A stretch of DNA of 64,000 bases, from assembly GCA_000092065.1 (NCBI GenBank), contig CP000586.1. One strand, 5' to 3'. This document shows, piece after piece, positions 20,666 through 30,319 of the stretch; positions within the stretch are counted from its first letter, which is position 1; each line of letters starts with the position of its first letter. A model generated the notes under the pieces. The model saw only the letters and a list, made by a program, of their open reading frames with translations. It ran no database searches and had not been told where the DNA came from. This DNA is from Ostreococcus lucimarinus. Its lineage: Eukaryota. The translations under genes and the position numbers were made by a program.

Positions 20666-22504
20666 TTACGGTCTGTGACGGACGTAAGGGAGGCGCCGAA
20701 GGTCGGCGTGTAGGGGAGGAACGATCCAAGGTTGCGCGCTCGCGCCCGGGGGGAGTGGAAGGTAGCGCGGTGGACGAGCGGCTGGGGGGTGACGGAGGCG
20801 AAACCAACGCCAATAGTCGTCGTAGGATCGCCGCGAGCGCGCGTCGTCGCGCGCGGTTGTGGTGGTGCCGCGGTGATAGGCATCGTCGACGACATCCATG
20901 TCTGTCTCGCTGGTGTCGTCATAATCTGATTCGTCGACGACGTGTAGGGTGTAGGCATGGCGGTGGGAATCGCGCACTCGTGCTCGGCAATCGGGCTCCG
21001 ACGACTGAGGTTCGTCGGCGACGAATTCGTCGTCAGACTCATCGCTTGACTCGATCGGGGCGTCCTTGAGGGTCTGAAACAATTCGGCGTCGGTGTCATC
21101 GAGCTCGTAATCGTACCAATTCGACGGTATGGTGTCGGGTAAAGGCTCGATGTTGCCACCGCGCTCGTTCACCAAACCGGCTCGAAGTTGTTCGAGCTCG
21201 TCGGCGGTCAGCACGGCGACAGCGAGTCCGTACGTCCCGAATCGCCCGGTTCTACCAATTCTATGCATATACGTAGCACCACTTGGTGGAACATCGAGGT
21301 TTATCACCAGGTTGACGTGCGTCAAGTCGACCCCGCGCGCCGTCAAGTCAGTCGAAACTAAGACGCGAAGCTGGAAATTTCGCATCTCTTCCATGACTTT
21401 CATTCGACGTTCTTGCGGAAGCGTACCCGCGGTGAACGCCGCTTTCAATCCTTGTGACGTCAAGCGCTTCGCTAAAGCTTCTCCCCAAGCCAATCGTCGC
21501 ACGAAAACAACCGCTTGGTGAAACGACACGTCGCCGCATATTTTCAACAGTCTCGCCTCTTTGGCGGTAATAACGTCCGCAAGTTTCGTCCCGTCCTCTT
21601 TTTCGATCAACGAGTAAAACTGGCGAACTCCCTGTAAAGCTGTCGTGCTCTCGCACAGCATCACTTTTTGTGGAGCTCGCATTAATCGCTCTAAATCACC
21701 CAGCAACGTCTTTGAGTACGTCGCGCTAAACGCGCACACTTGCTTACGCTCCGGCAACATGCTGTACGCGAACAGCACGTCTCGCTCGAACGTCCCACTC
21801 AATAACGCGTCTGCTTCATCTAATATCAACAACCGTGCTCCATCACACGCCATCGAACCCTCTTCTAACATCTGCCTCGTCCGTCCCGGCGTCCCCACGA
21901 CGACGTGCGGCTGACTCGCCAGCCGCGCTCGGTCCTCCTTCACCGGCAATCCCCCGACGAGCAAACACGTCTCTATCCCACCTCGCGCGTCCCCATCCAT
22001 GTCTTTAAATTTCTCAATCATCTCCACGAAACATTCGTGCGTTTGCACCGCGCACTCCCTCGTCGGCGCCAGCGCCAGCGCTTGCGTTCGCCGTCGTCCC
22101 GCATCCACGCGTTCGAGCGCGATGACGACGAACGTCATCGTCTTTCCGGTCCCAGACTTCGCCTGCGCGATGACGTCGCATCCAAACCGTCCGAGCGGCA
22201 CGCACGCGAGCTGCACGGGCGACGGCGCGTCGAATCCAGCCGCGCGAAGCGCGCGCGTGAGTCGCTCGTCGAGTTGTAAATCACCGAAAGACGCGCTCGA
22301 CGTCGCGCGTTCGCCGACGTTCGCGCCCGCGCGCGCGTCCGTCGATGTATCGTCACGCAGAGCGACATCGGACGAGCGCGCGCGCGGCGACGCGCGCGGC
22401 ATGGCGCGGTGCGACGCGGGATGTGGCGTCACTTCGCGCAACGACCAGCGCGATGGGACTGTACGACGACTTGCCCGACGCGAAACCGCGCGCGACGACG
22501 GCAT
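20666..22504 (-). CDS. DEAD-box ATP-dependent RNA helicase, 612 aa
   Basis: ATG at 22504 confirmed, with an alternative ATG at 22402. Helicase motifs are present: Q/I (AQAKSGTGKT), DEAD (LILDEADALL), SAT, HRIGRTGRFG. The C-terminal tail is acidic. Confidence 0.85.
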   Translation of the reverse strand: MPSSRAVSRRASRRTVPSRWSLREVTPHPASHRAMPRASPRARSSDVALRDDTSTDARAGANVGERATSSASFGDLQLDERLTRALRAAGFDAPSPVQLACVPLGRFGCDVIAQAKSGTGKTMTFVVIALERVDAGRRRTQALALAPTRECAVQTHECFVEMIEKFKDMDGDARGGIETCLLVGGLPVKEDRARLASQPHVVVGTPGRTRQMLEEGSMACDGARLLILDEADALLSGTFERDVLFAYSMLPERKQVCAFSATYSKTLLGDLERLMRAPQKVMLCESTTALQGVRQFYSLIEKEDGTKLADVITAKEARLLKICGDVSFHQAVVFVRRLAWGEALAKRLTSQGLKAAFTAGTLPQERRMKVMEEMRNFQLRVLVSTDLTARGVDLTHVNLVINLDVPPSGATYMHRIGRTGRFGTYGLAVAVLTADELEQLRAGLVNERGGNIEPLPDTIPSNWYDYELDDTDAELFQTLKDAPIESSDESDDEFVADEPQSSEPDCRARVRDSHRHAYTLHVVDESDYDDTSETDMDVVDDAYHRGTTTTARDDARSRRSYDDYWRWFRLRHPPAARPPRYLPLPPGASAQPWIVPPLHADLRRLPYVRHRP

Positions 22505-23541
22505 CGACGGCGCGTGACGGAGACGCGAGCGATGATGCGTCGATTCGCGACGCGAAACGGGCGAAGCGAGCGACGGGAGACGCGGGAGAGAGGAGCGAAG
22601 ACGCGCAAAAAGTGCAGCTCAGGGACGACGCGACGGTGGCGGCGCCGTCGAAAGCGGCGACGACGAAGGACGCGCTGCAGAGGATCGCGCAACACTTGCT
22701 AAAGCCAGAGAAATTCGTGAAAGCGTCGGGATTGCTGAAGAAGTTGTTGATGTCGGAGGCGTGCGACCGGGGCGACGCCAAGGCGTTGTTCGCGTGCCTG
22801 GAAAACGCGATGACGCCCACGCCCAAGGCGCGCGCGCTGCGGGCGGAGACTCGATTGGATTACGAAGAGTTGTTTGAAATTGTCGCCGCGTTCTCTCCGC
22901 TTATTTTCAACGCGAAACAAAAGAGAAAGCTGGAGGTCTGGTCGACGTATGCCAGAAGAATCAACGCGTTGCGAACGGATGATTCGTTCGAGTTCACGAA
23001 GGCGGTGAAAGCGATTCAGGAAGTCGTGGATCGGGTGGATAGTTACGTTGAGCCGCCGGGTGTCATAGAAGATGACGACATCGAGATTCCCCCTGCACCC
23101 GAGGGCGCGAGCGAGGAGGAAGCTATGGAGATGGCGACGCAGTACGCGCGCTCAATCAAAGCGGAGCGAGCGGCTGAAATCGAGCAGTTGGCCGTCGTCG
23201 ACGAATTACGCGAAGCTCTCATCGATGCGCTCGAGTTTACGTCGTCGCTTTACGGAAGAACTTGGTCGCAAACAACGATTGATATGATGTCTAACTTTTT
23301 TCACGAGCGTCGACCAAAATTTTCGCCGACGAGCCAGGAAAGAATAGTCAAAATTTGGGACGATTTACGCAAAAAGAAGCACGCTCGCAGTTTGACGAGT
23401 GCTGGTGATAAAGTGAGTATGACGTCATTCGAGCGCGATCAAGCCCGTGCGGCGGGGTCGCAAGTTTCCGCTCGCGGCTCCGTCGGCGCCGAAAACGTCA
23501 AGGACGGTCGCGGCGAGAGCGCGGCAAAAATGTTGGGATGA
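22453..23541 (+). CDS. Conserved-looking alpha-helical protein of unknown function (begins MGLYDDLP), 362 aa
   Basis: A continuous ORF of ordinary composition downstream of a low-complexity leader. ATGs at 22345 and 22453 were confirmed. The 22453 start avoids overlap with the divergent helicase CDS. No family recognised. Confidence 0.5.
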   Translation: MGLYDDLPDAKPRATTASTARDGDASDDASIRDAKRAKRATGDAGERSEDAQKVQLRDDATVAAPSKAATTKDALQRIAQHLLKPEKFVKASGLLKKLLMSEACDRGDAKALFACLENAMTPTPKARALRAETRLDYEELFEIVAAFSPLIFNAKQKRKLEVWSTYARRINALRTDDSFEFTKAVKAIQEVVDRVDSYVEPPGVIEDDDIEIPPAPEGASEEEAMEMATQYARSIKAERAAEIEQLAVVDELREALIDALEFTSSLYGRTWSQTTIDMMSNFFHERRPKFSPTSQERIVKIWDDLRKKKHARSLTSAGDKVSMTSFERDQARAAGSQVSARGSVGAENVKDGRGESAAKMLG

Positions 23542-23653
23542 AGTAGCGCGTTAGAGTTCATCAATTCATCATCTAGAGTTTATTAAAACGACCCTAAATC
23601 GAACTTGACGCGTGACGACGGTCCAGCCGTGCGCGACGCGTCGACGTCGGCGC

Positions 23654-24100
23654 TTAGTTGGCGCTCTTCAAGAAGTCTTGAATGATGCCGAGCGCCGCCG
23701 TTTCTTCACCGAAATCGCTGATCACGCAGCACGAGCACTTCACGACCTTACGCGCAGTACCCTCGGCGTCGAGCTTGCACAAGCCAGCCCACTCACCGAG
23801 CGCCATAGCCTCCGGCACGCGAATCAAGTGCACGTTGACTTCGTTGCACAGCGCTTGGATGAGCTTCGTGTAATCCGCCTGGTCGCAATCTTGCGCCAAG
23901 ATGCAGATCAACGCCTTACGGCTCTCGATCGCCTTGCACGCTTCGCGCAAACCTCGGTGCAAGCCGTCGCAAGCGAGCGACTTCTTCAGCACCACCTGCA
24001 GCGCCGTCATGAGATCCATGGGTTCATCTCCCGCAGCCTCGACCGCGACTTCGGGTTGTTCGTCAACGACGTCTTCGACTTCCTCGCTGTTCGCGCGCAT
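23654..24100 (-). CDS. RPS12: 40S ribosomal protein S12 (eS12), 148 aa
   Basis: PMDLMTALQVVLKKSLACDGLHRGLREACKAIE..CILAQDCDQADYTKLIQALC..GEWAGLCKLDAEG..VVKCSCCVI matches human and Arabidopsis RPS12, including the N-terminal ..VAVEA..GDEPMDLMTAL. ATG at 24100 confirmed. An upstream in-frame ATG at 24205 would add an Arg-rich leader. Confidence 0.9.
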   Translation of the reverse strand: MRANSEEVEDVVDEQPEVAVEAAGDEPMDLMTALQVVLKKSLACDGLHRGLREACKAIESRKALICILAQDCDQADYTKLIQALCNEVNVHLIRVPEAMALGEWAGLCKLDAEGTARKVVKCSCCVISDFGEETAALGIIQDFLKSAN

Positions 24101-24500
24101 CGCAACATTTATTTCGCATTCGTCAGTCTCGCGTTCGACGTTCGCGCGCCATCGCGCGTCGCGCTCGCGTCCCGAACGCCGATCCCTCTGCGCTAGGGCT
24201 TTCATCGATCCTTCGTCGTCGCGCGCGTCGTCGCCGCGTCGTCGCCGCGCGTCCGCGACGTCACGCACTCGGCCATGATGAATGTGAAAAGGTTTAAGAA
24301 TACGCGCGGTCCTCAAATGTCCGTCCTTAACGACGCGTCGGTCGTCTCGAGCGATCCTCGCGCGCGAAAGTGGCGGACGGGCGCGTCGCGCGGGCGGCGC
24401 ATAACGCTCGGAAAGGCGTTTTGCGCGACACGACGACGCGCGCCGCGGCGTCGGTGAGGCGCGAGAGCGAGCGAACGACGCTCGAGCGGGGAGATAAAAA

Positions 24501-25142
24501 ATGCACGGCACGATCACGGGGACGGCGTTCGAGCGCGCGGACGTGGAGGCGGCGGTGGAGGCGGCACGAGCGGCGCGAGACGAGGCGATGCGGGCGTTCG
24601 AGGGACGAGGGCGAGACGCGGGAGGGCGCGAGCGGGCTCGGGAGGGCGCGCGGGGGGAAGAGAGAGGGCGAACGCGGGGTGGGGCGTCGAGCAGGGACGC
24701 GTTCGAGTCGCGGAGACGGCGGGAGGAGGAGAAGCGGTTCGATCCGCGCGCGCGGGCGAGACGCGCGGCGAGCGGCGCCGAGGCGAAGACGAGCGGACGC
24801 GACGGCGACGACGACGACGACGACGACGGTCACTGCGGTGCGTCGACGTTTGATGAATACGAGCTCGCGTGGTGCGCGTTCGAGCTACGAGCGATGAGCG
24901 GCGCGCAGATCGCGTTCGACGACGTCCCGTGGCCGCGCTCGGGCGCGTGGCTCCTCCGCCAATCGCTCGCGAACGCGGGCGACGACCGCGACGTGACCAA
25001 GCGCGCGCATCGCGCGTTTTTCGTGCGTTGGCATCCGGATAAGTTCATCCAACGCTTCGGTCGGGCGTTGGTCGAGAGAGATCGCGATCGAATCATCGCT
25101 CGCGCGTCGGCGACGTTTCGCTCCGCGCTCGCCGCGCGGTGA
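24501..25142 (+). CDS. Protein with a C-terminal J-domain (HPD motif intact) and an Arg/Glu-rich charged N-terminal half, 213 aa
   Basis: ATG at 24501 confirmed. The C-terminus TKRAHRAFFVRWHPDKFIQRFG...IIARASATF fits J-domain helix II, HPD loop and helix III. It is preceded by a DVPWP motif. A paralog lies at 34770..35534. Confidence 0.6.
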   Translation: MHGTITGTAFERADVEAAVEAARAARDEAMRAFEGRGRDAGGRERAREGARGEERGRTRGGASSRDAFESRRRREEEKRFDPRARARRAASGAEAKTSGRDGDDDDDDDGHCGASTFDEYELAWCAFELRAMSGAQIAFDDVPWPRSGAWLLRQSLANAGDDRDVTKRAHRAFFVRWHPDKFIQRFGRALVERDRDRIIARASATFRSALAAR

Positions 25143-25201
25143 CGCCGCTCGACGCGCGTCGGCGTCGAGCGCGCGAGCGCGCGCGTCGCCGTGTAAAAGT
25201 A

Positions 25202-25819
25202 CTAGTATGTGTGTATAACTAACGCCGCGTCGCGCTCGTCCACCGCCGTCGACCGTTCGTCGATGAACGCCCGAATCGCCTCCGTCGCCGCCGCGTCTCT
25301 CGGCGCGCGTCCGCGTCGATCCCTCGCCGCGTTCATCCTCTCCCACCGCCCCCCCATCCCGACGTGCGCGAACACCGCTCGCACGCACGCCAATTCCCCG
25401 CTCGCGCACGCTTTGTGCAGCGCGTTCTCCCCGTCCGCGTCCCTCGCCTCGGCGTCGCTCCCTCCCTCGAGCAGCGCCGCGCACGCCTCGCCTCGCCCCC
25501 CCGCGCACGCCTTGTGCAGCGCCGTCCCTCGTCCCGCCCGCGTCGTCGCGCGCGCGTCGCACCCTAACTCGAGGCACGCCTTCACGCACCTCGCGCACCC
25601 TCGTCGCGCGGCGTGATGCAGCGGCGTGTACCCCGACGCGTTCGTCGTCGTCCCGTCCTCGTCCGCGCTCGCCGGCCGTCGCGCGAGCGCCTCGCGCAGC
25701 GCCTCGACGTCGCCGCGCGCCGCCGCGCCGCACGCCGAGCGGTCGAACGCGATCTCATCCAGGGTCTGCGTCGCGCACGTCGCGCGCGCGCAGCACGCGC
25801 ACGCCGTCGCGCGCGCCAT
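25202..25819 (-). CDS. Ankyrin-repeat protein, 205 aa
   Basis: Three or four ANK repeats (GYTPLHHAARRGCARCVKACLELGCDA.., GTALHKACAGG.., GENALHKACASGELACVRAV). The track start 25927 is GTG. The first ATG is at 25819. Confidence 0.75.
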   Translation of the reverse strand: MARATACACCARATCATQTLDEIAFDRSACGAAARGDVEALREALARRPASADEDGTTTNASGYTPLHHAARRGCARCVKACLELGCDARATTRAGRGTALHKACAGGRGEACAALLEGGSDAEARDADGENALHKACASGELACVRAVFAHVGMGGRWERMNAARDRRGRAPRDAAATEAIRAFIDERSTAVDERDAALVIHTY

Positions 25820-25840
25820 CGCGTCGCGCGATGCCGCGAC

Positions 25841-25876
25841 GACCGACCGACCGACCGACCGACCGACCGACCGACC
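25841..25876. repeat. (GACC)9 tetranucleotide microsatellite between the ankyrin start (25819) and the ISN1 start (25978)
   Basis: Read directly from the sequence: gaccgacc... x9. Confidence 0.9.
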
Positions 25877-25977
25877 GGGGTTTAGCGACGCACGTTTTCG
25901 GGGGTGCTCATATGGCGTACGCGTCACCTAGAATACGTGTGTGACTTCTCTGACGTATACGACACATCGCGAACGGC

Positions 25978-26210
25978 ATGAAATGGATTTATTACCACGG
26001 CCCCCCGCCGCGGTCGAATTCAAATCGCGTCGGCGCGCGGCGCGCGAACGGCGCGACCGACGACGGGAGAACGACGCGCGCGCGCGCGACGCGGGCGATG
26101 GCGATGACGATGCGCTGGACGCGCGTCGCGCCGAACGCGGCGAACGCGGCGCGCGGACGCCGCGTCGACGCGCGACGAGGGCGCGCGGGGACGAGGGACG
26201 GCGCGCGCGG

Positions 26211-26241
<31 letters not shown>

Positions 26242-27606
26242 GCGGCGGCGGGACGCGCGAGGACGACGACGCGACGCGCGATCGGACCGAGCGAACCGAC
26301 GTCGTTCGTGGAGGACGAACCGAGGGACGAGGAGATCGAGGCGGTGGTGAACGAGGGGAGAGGGAACGCGGGGACGGGGGCGCAAGACGTGGGACGCGCG
26401 GCGAGGTACATGCGAGAGCTGATCAAGAACCAGGTGAACTCGAATCATCTCGCGCGCGCGGGTTCGATCACGGATTCTTCGGTCTTGCGCAGGAAAGGAC
26501 GGCTCAAGGAGCAGGACGCGCTGATCGAGTTCATCGTGGAGTTGCACAAGACGCACACGACGGAGGAGGTTTTCACGAAGGTGGAGACGTGGATCGACGA
26601 GGTGCTCGAGCTGCCGAAAGAGAAGCGGAGGTTTAGTAAGCTTTCGAGAATGGTACCCGCGGTTGGGTTTTTCTTCCACCGCTTGCCTTTGTTGAAGGCG
26701 CTGCGAGAGTACGACGAGTTTTCCTCGTTGTCCAAGCGGCGGTACGTGCTTCCAAACTTTGCCGAGGTGCGGCACATTTTGAACATCGCGCAAGTGCACG
26801 CGTCGAGTAAGGACGTGCGGTTGGTGACTTTCGATGCCGATGGAACGTTGTACGCCGACGGTGAGCACTTTGAGGACGATAATAAGATGATCGATAAGAT
26901 TATGCAGCTCATGGAGTTGGGCATTCACGTCGCCATTGTCACCGCCGCGGGTTATCCGGGCGAGCCGACCAAGTTTGAGGGGCGACTGAAGGGTTTGGTG
27001 GACGCTTTCGAGGCGCAAGCGCTGCCGAAAGAAGTGTACGAAAAGTTTCACGTCATGGGTGGCGAATGTAACTACCTCTTGCGAGTTAACGACGAGTATC
27101 GCCTGGAGTTTGTACCCTCGGAGGAGTGGCACAGCGAGCACATGTACGACTGGAGAGACAACGACGATGTTCGCATGTTCCTCGACCGCGCGGAAGAATT
27201 CTTGACCTCATATGCGAAGCACTTGGGCGTTCAAGTGGATGTCTTGCGCAAGGAATACGCGGTCGGAGTCTTGCCCAAGGGCGATACCATTTACGAAAAC
27301 TTGGAAGAAATGGCGCTCGCGAGCCAAGCCGAGCTTAGCGACGCGAAGATTCCATTCTGCGCCTTCAACGGAGGTAACGACGTTTTCGTGGACGTAGGTA
27401 ACAAGCACATCGGTTTGCAAGCGCTCATGAAGTACTTAAACGTCGCTGGTTCGCAAACTTTGCACGTCGGCGATCGTTTCACTCTCACGGGTAACGACGC
27501 CAAGGTGCGCGAAGCGGCGTCCATTCTCTGGGTCGCGAGTCCGGACGAAACCACGTTCTTCATGCGTTTGCTCTACCGCGATATTCTCAACGCACGTATT
27601 CTTTAA
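25978..27606 (+). CDS. ISN1: IMP-specific 5'-nucleotidase (ISN1 family), 542 aa; the N-terminal ~130 aa are low-complexity
   Basis: ATG at 25978 confirmed. FAEVRHILNIAQVH and the HAD-type motif VRLVTFDADGTLYADG match yeast Isn1 (FNDIRHILNTAQIF, LRLVTFDGDVTLYEDG). The C-terminal half is collinear with Isn1. Confidence 0.75.
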
Positions 27607-27646
27607 TATAACTGCAAGCTGTGTATATTATAATCCTATTTCATCG

Positions 27647-29539
27647 TCATTTCGCCGCTGAAGCCATCGCGGCTTTCGCGACTTCTATTTCGTCGACAAG
27701 ATACCCCAAGCGACGTTCCAAATAAACCAACTCGTTGTTGAGAATCTTCGATTTTGCTTCCCAATATCTCGCCTCGTCGTAAACACGAGTGGGATGCCAA
27801 CCAAAAATCCTCTCCGCGACGCCACCGAACACGAACTCTGTCGACATTGAGAGCGCGGTGTGGAAAAGTAGCACGCAAACGATTATCAACACGATTCTCG
27901 CTGCACGCGAACAGAAGAAGCACGTCTTCCTCCAAGGGCTGGCCTTCTTGAGATCGATTTCCGGCGCAGCCGAAGTTTGCTGCACGAAGTTTTTAGTGGC
28001 CACAAGCATGCTCCAAACGGCGTCTCGAGATGCGTCCGGGATTCGCAGCTTGCTCACGTCGACGAACTCCGGCACGTCGGAAGGTGCCCTCGCCACTTTC
28101 TGCTTGGGATTAATTTTTCGCATGTAAATCTCGATCATTTTCGCCACCTGCACTTTACTCTCGTCGATAACGCTACTCACGATTAAACCTTTCATCATCG
28201 TCGATTTGGTGAAGATCACCTCGGTACCGACGGAGAGGGCGCACTTTTTGGGCCCGAGTGGACGAAGCACCCAACGCGCTTCGACTCTGAAATAGTCACC
28301 GTAAGGTATGTCAGTTTGAACTTGAGACGTATTCAAGACGAAGACATTGTCATCGTATACGGCGTAACTTTGTGTCTGGTGGCAGCGAGTCGATTTCGGA
28401 CCGAAAGTTTGTCTCACGGGAACGGTGACCACCATCTCTCGAACGCATCCGATGGCTCTCTTCTCGAACCAATCCGTGATTTTCACCTGTGTTTGCTCTA
28501 ACGCTTGCGATATCTTCGGCTGCACATCGTGCCGCGATTTATTTGACCACGCGACGAGAAAGAAGTCCTCCACGGAGCAATCGACATCGCCGCTGTACAG
28601 ATTAATCAGCGACGGCGAATCGCTCGGCGCCTTCCCGGGGAGTCTCGCCAGCGGGATGTTTCCAAAATCTCCGACGATATCTTCAGCGCCGACGCCGTCG
28701 TCGTCGTCGTCGTCGTCGTCATTTTCGATTTCTTGAATCTTCTGTTCTACATTCAAATGCTCCGGTGTGGACTGCTCGCTCTCTTCGCTCGATCGTCTCG
28801 CCGTCGCGACATCCCTCGGCGAATCTTCCGCGGCGTCTTCGACGACGTCCTTGTCATGGTCTTCGTTGTCATACAACTTCGAAAGCCTCTTCACGTTCAT
28901 CGCGTTCAATTTACCGTAATGCGACGCCCGCACCCACTCATGGCAAATCACATTGAACGACTTCTCGGGAAAGATGAATGATGTAAAAAAATCCGTCTTC
29001 CCGTCGTACGTGATTTCGATGGCGTTCGGAAACACCATCGCCGTCTTGGCCCTGTTGATCAGCGTGATCCTGCTGAACGGAATCGTCCTTTTCTTCATGT
29101 ACCCGAACACGTTACTGTAAAAGCACACGTAATTCTCGAACACGTACATCTTCCCTTGCAATAAAATCTTACTGTGCAGCGCGCACATGTAGTCCGCGAC
29201 GAGCGTCTCGTCCTCCGGCACGTTGAAGAGTCGCCTCAACCGCCGTCTCGCCGCCGCGCGTTTCGACGCGCTCTCGTTCGGCGGCGTCTCGACCATCATT
29301 CCGTACGCCTCCACCGCCGCGTCCGCGCGCGCGGCCGTCGACGTCGACGCCCCGTCGTCGTCGAATCCATCGAATCCGCCGATCCCACCGCGCGCGTCCT
29401 CGTCGCTCGCCGTCGACCGCCGTCGCTCGAGCGCCGCCATCAGCGACTCGTCGTCGCGCATCGCGTCGTCGTCGTCCTCGTCGTCGTCGCGCGTCATCGC
29501 GCGCTCGTGTGCGGCGCGCTCGTGTGCGGCGCGTCGCAT
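27647..29539 (-). CDS. GRAM-domain plus VASt-domain lipid-transfer protein (VAD1/Aster/Lam-like) with a C-terminal transmembrane anchor, 630 aa
   Basis: GRAM domain (LVADYMCALHSKILLQGKMYVFENYVCFYSNVFG..IPFSRITLINRAK). VASt domain (DFFLVAWSN..QTDIPYGDYFRVEARWVL). C-terminal helix IVLIIVCVLLFHTALSM. The track start 29701 is GTG. The first ATG is at 29539. Confidence 0.8.
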   Translation of the reverse strand: MRRAAHERAAHERAMTRDDDEDDDDAMRDDESLMAALERRRSTASDEDARGGIGGFDGFDDDGASTSTAARADAAVEAYGMMVETPPNESASKRAAARRRLRRLFNVPEDETLVADYMCALHSKILLQGKMYVFENYVCFYSNVFGYMKKRTIPFSRITLINRAKTAMVFPNAIEITYDGKTDFFTSFIFPEKSFNVICHEWVRASHYGKLNAMNVKRLSKLYDNEDHDKDVVEDAAEDSPRDVATARRSSEESEQSTPEHLNVEQKIQEIENDDDDDDDDGVGAEDIVGDFGNIPLARLPGKAPSDSPSLINLYSGDVDCSVEDFFLVAWSNKSRHDVQPKISQALEQTQVKITDWFEKRAIGCVREMVVTVPVRQTFGPKSTRCHQTQSYAVYDDNVFVLNTSQVQTDIPYGDYFRVEARWVLRPLGPKKCALSVGTEVIFTKSTMMKGLIVSSVIDESKVQVAKMIEIYMRKINPKQKVARAPSDVPEFVDVSKLRIPDASRDAVWSMLVATKNFVQQTSAAPEIDLKKASPWRKTCFFCSRAARIVLIIVCVLLFHTALSMSTEFVFGGVAERIFGWHPTRVYDEARYWEAKSKILNNELVYLERRLGYLVDEIEVAKAAMASAAK

Positions 29540-29895
29540 CGCCGCGCGACGCCGCGCCGTCTCGCGCCTTCGTCGCGACTCCGCGACGATGCTGCGCGCG
29601 GTGACGTCTCGAATCGCGCGCCGCGTCGTCGGCGCGCGCGGCGCGGCGTCGACCGCGGACGCGAGCGGGGTCTGGCGAGGGTACGACGCCGTGCCGGACA
29701 CGCCCGGTGCGTCGAGCGCGACGCGACGCGACGACGGGGCCTCGACGGGACGCGACGGAAAGCGACCGACGGGACGCGCGACGTTAAAACGACGCGATCG
29801 AACGACGCGCGCGACTGACGACCGAGAGACCCGCAGACGGATTCACCGCGCGATTCGCGGTGTCGGAGACGAACCCGAACGGCGTCGAGGTCATC

Positions 29896-30168
29896 ATGGA
29901 GAAGTGGCGCGCGGGGGCGCGGGAGCCCGCGCACTCGCACCCCGGCGACGACATGACGGTCGTCGTCGAGGGATCTATGGCGGTGCAGTTCTTCACGAAA
30001 TCCGACGATGGGACGCTGGTGAAGGACGGCGCGCCGCTGGTGCTGAAAAAGGGCGACGCGGGGCACATCGCGGGGGGGAGAATACACGACGCGGCGTATC
30101 TGGAGGATTGCAAACTGGTGTACGTGCACGACGGACGATTCGGGTTCGTCGCCGAGGGCGCGGCGTGA
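29896..30168 (+). CDS. Small cupin-fold protein, 90 aa from the first ATG
   Basis: Cupin motif 1 GAREPAHSHPGDDMTVVVEGS and motif 2 LKKGDAGHIAGGRIHDAAY. The track ORF begins at GTG 29860. There is an in-frame stop at 29785 and no ATG before 29896, so either this is the start or a 5' exon is missing. Confidence 0.45.
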   Translation: MEKWRAGAREPAHSHPGDDMTVVVEGSMAVQFFTKSDDGTLVKDGAPLVLKKGDAGHIAGGRIHDAAYLEDCKLVYVHDGRFGFVAEGAA

Positions 30169-30201
30169 GACCGACGCGCGTCGACGCGGGACGTTAATAT
30201 T

Positions 30202-30229
30202 ATCGATCGATCGATCGATCGATCGATCG
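30202..30229. repeat. (ATCG)7 tetranucleotide repeat in the 150-bp spacer between the cupin gene and the CPBP gene
   Basis: Read directly from the sequence: atcgatcgatcg... Confidence 0.9.
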
Positions 30230-30319
30230 TCGCGCTCGTTGTTGATTAATATTTATTAACGCGCGTCGCGAGACGAAGACGCCGACGCGGCGATATCCAT
30301 CCGCACACGCGCGCGCGCG

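Noticed and set aside
24101-24205. In-frame upstream ATG (24205) giving RPS12 a 35-aa Arg-rich N-terminal extension
   Set aside because: The start at 24100 reproduces the plant RPS12 N-terminus (..VAVEA..GDEPMDLMTAL). The extension has no counterpart in homologs. It is more likely 5' UTR or a chance open frame.
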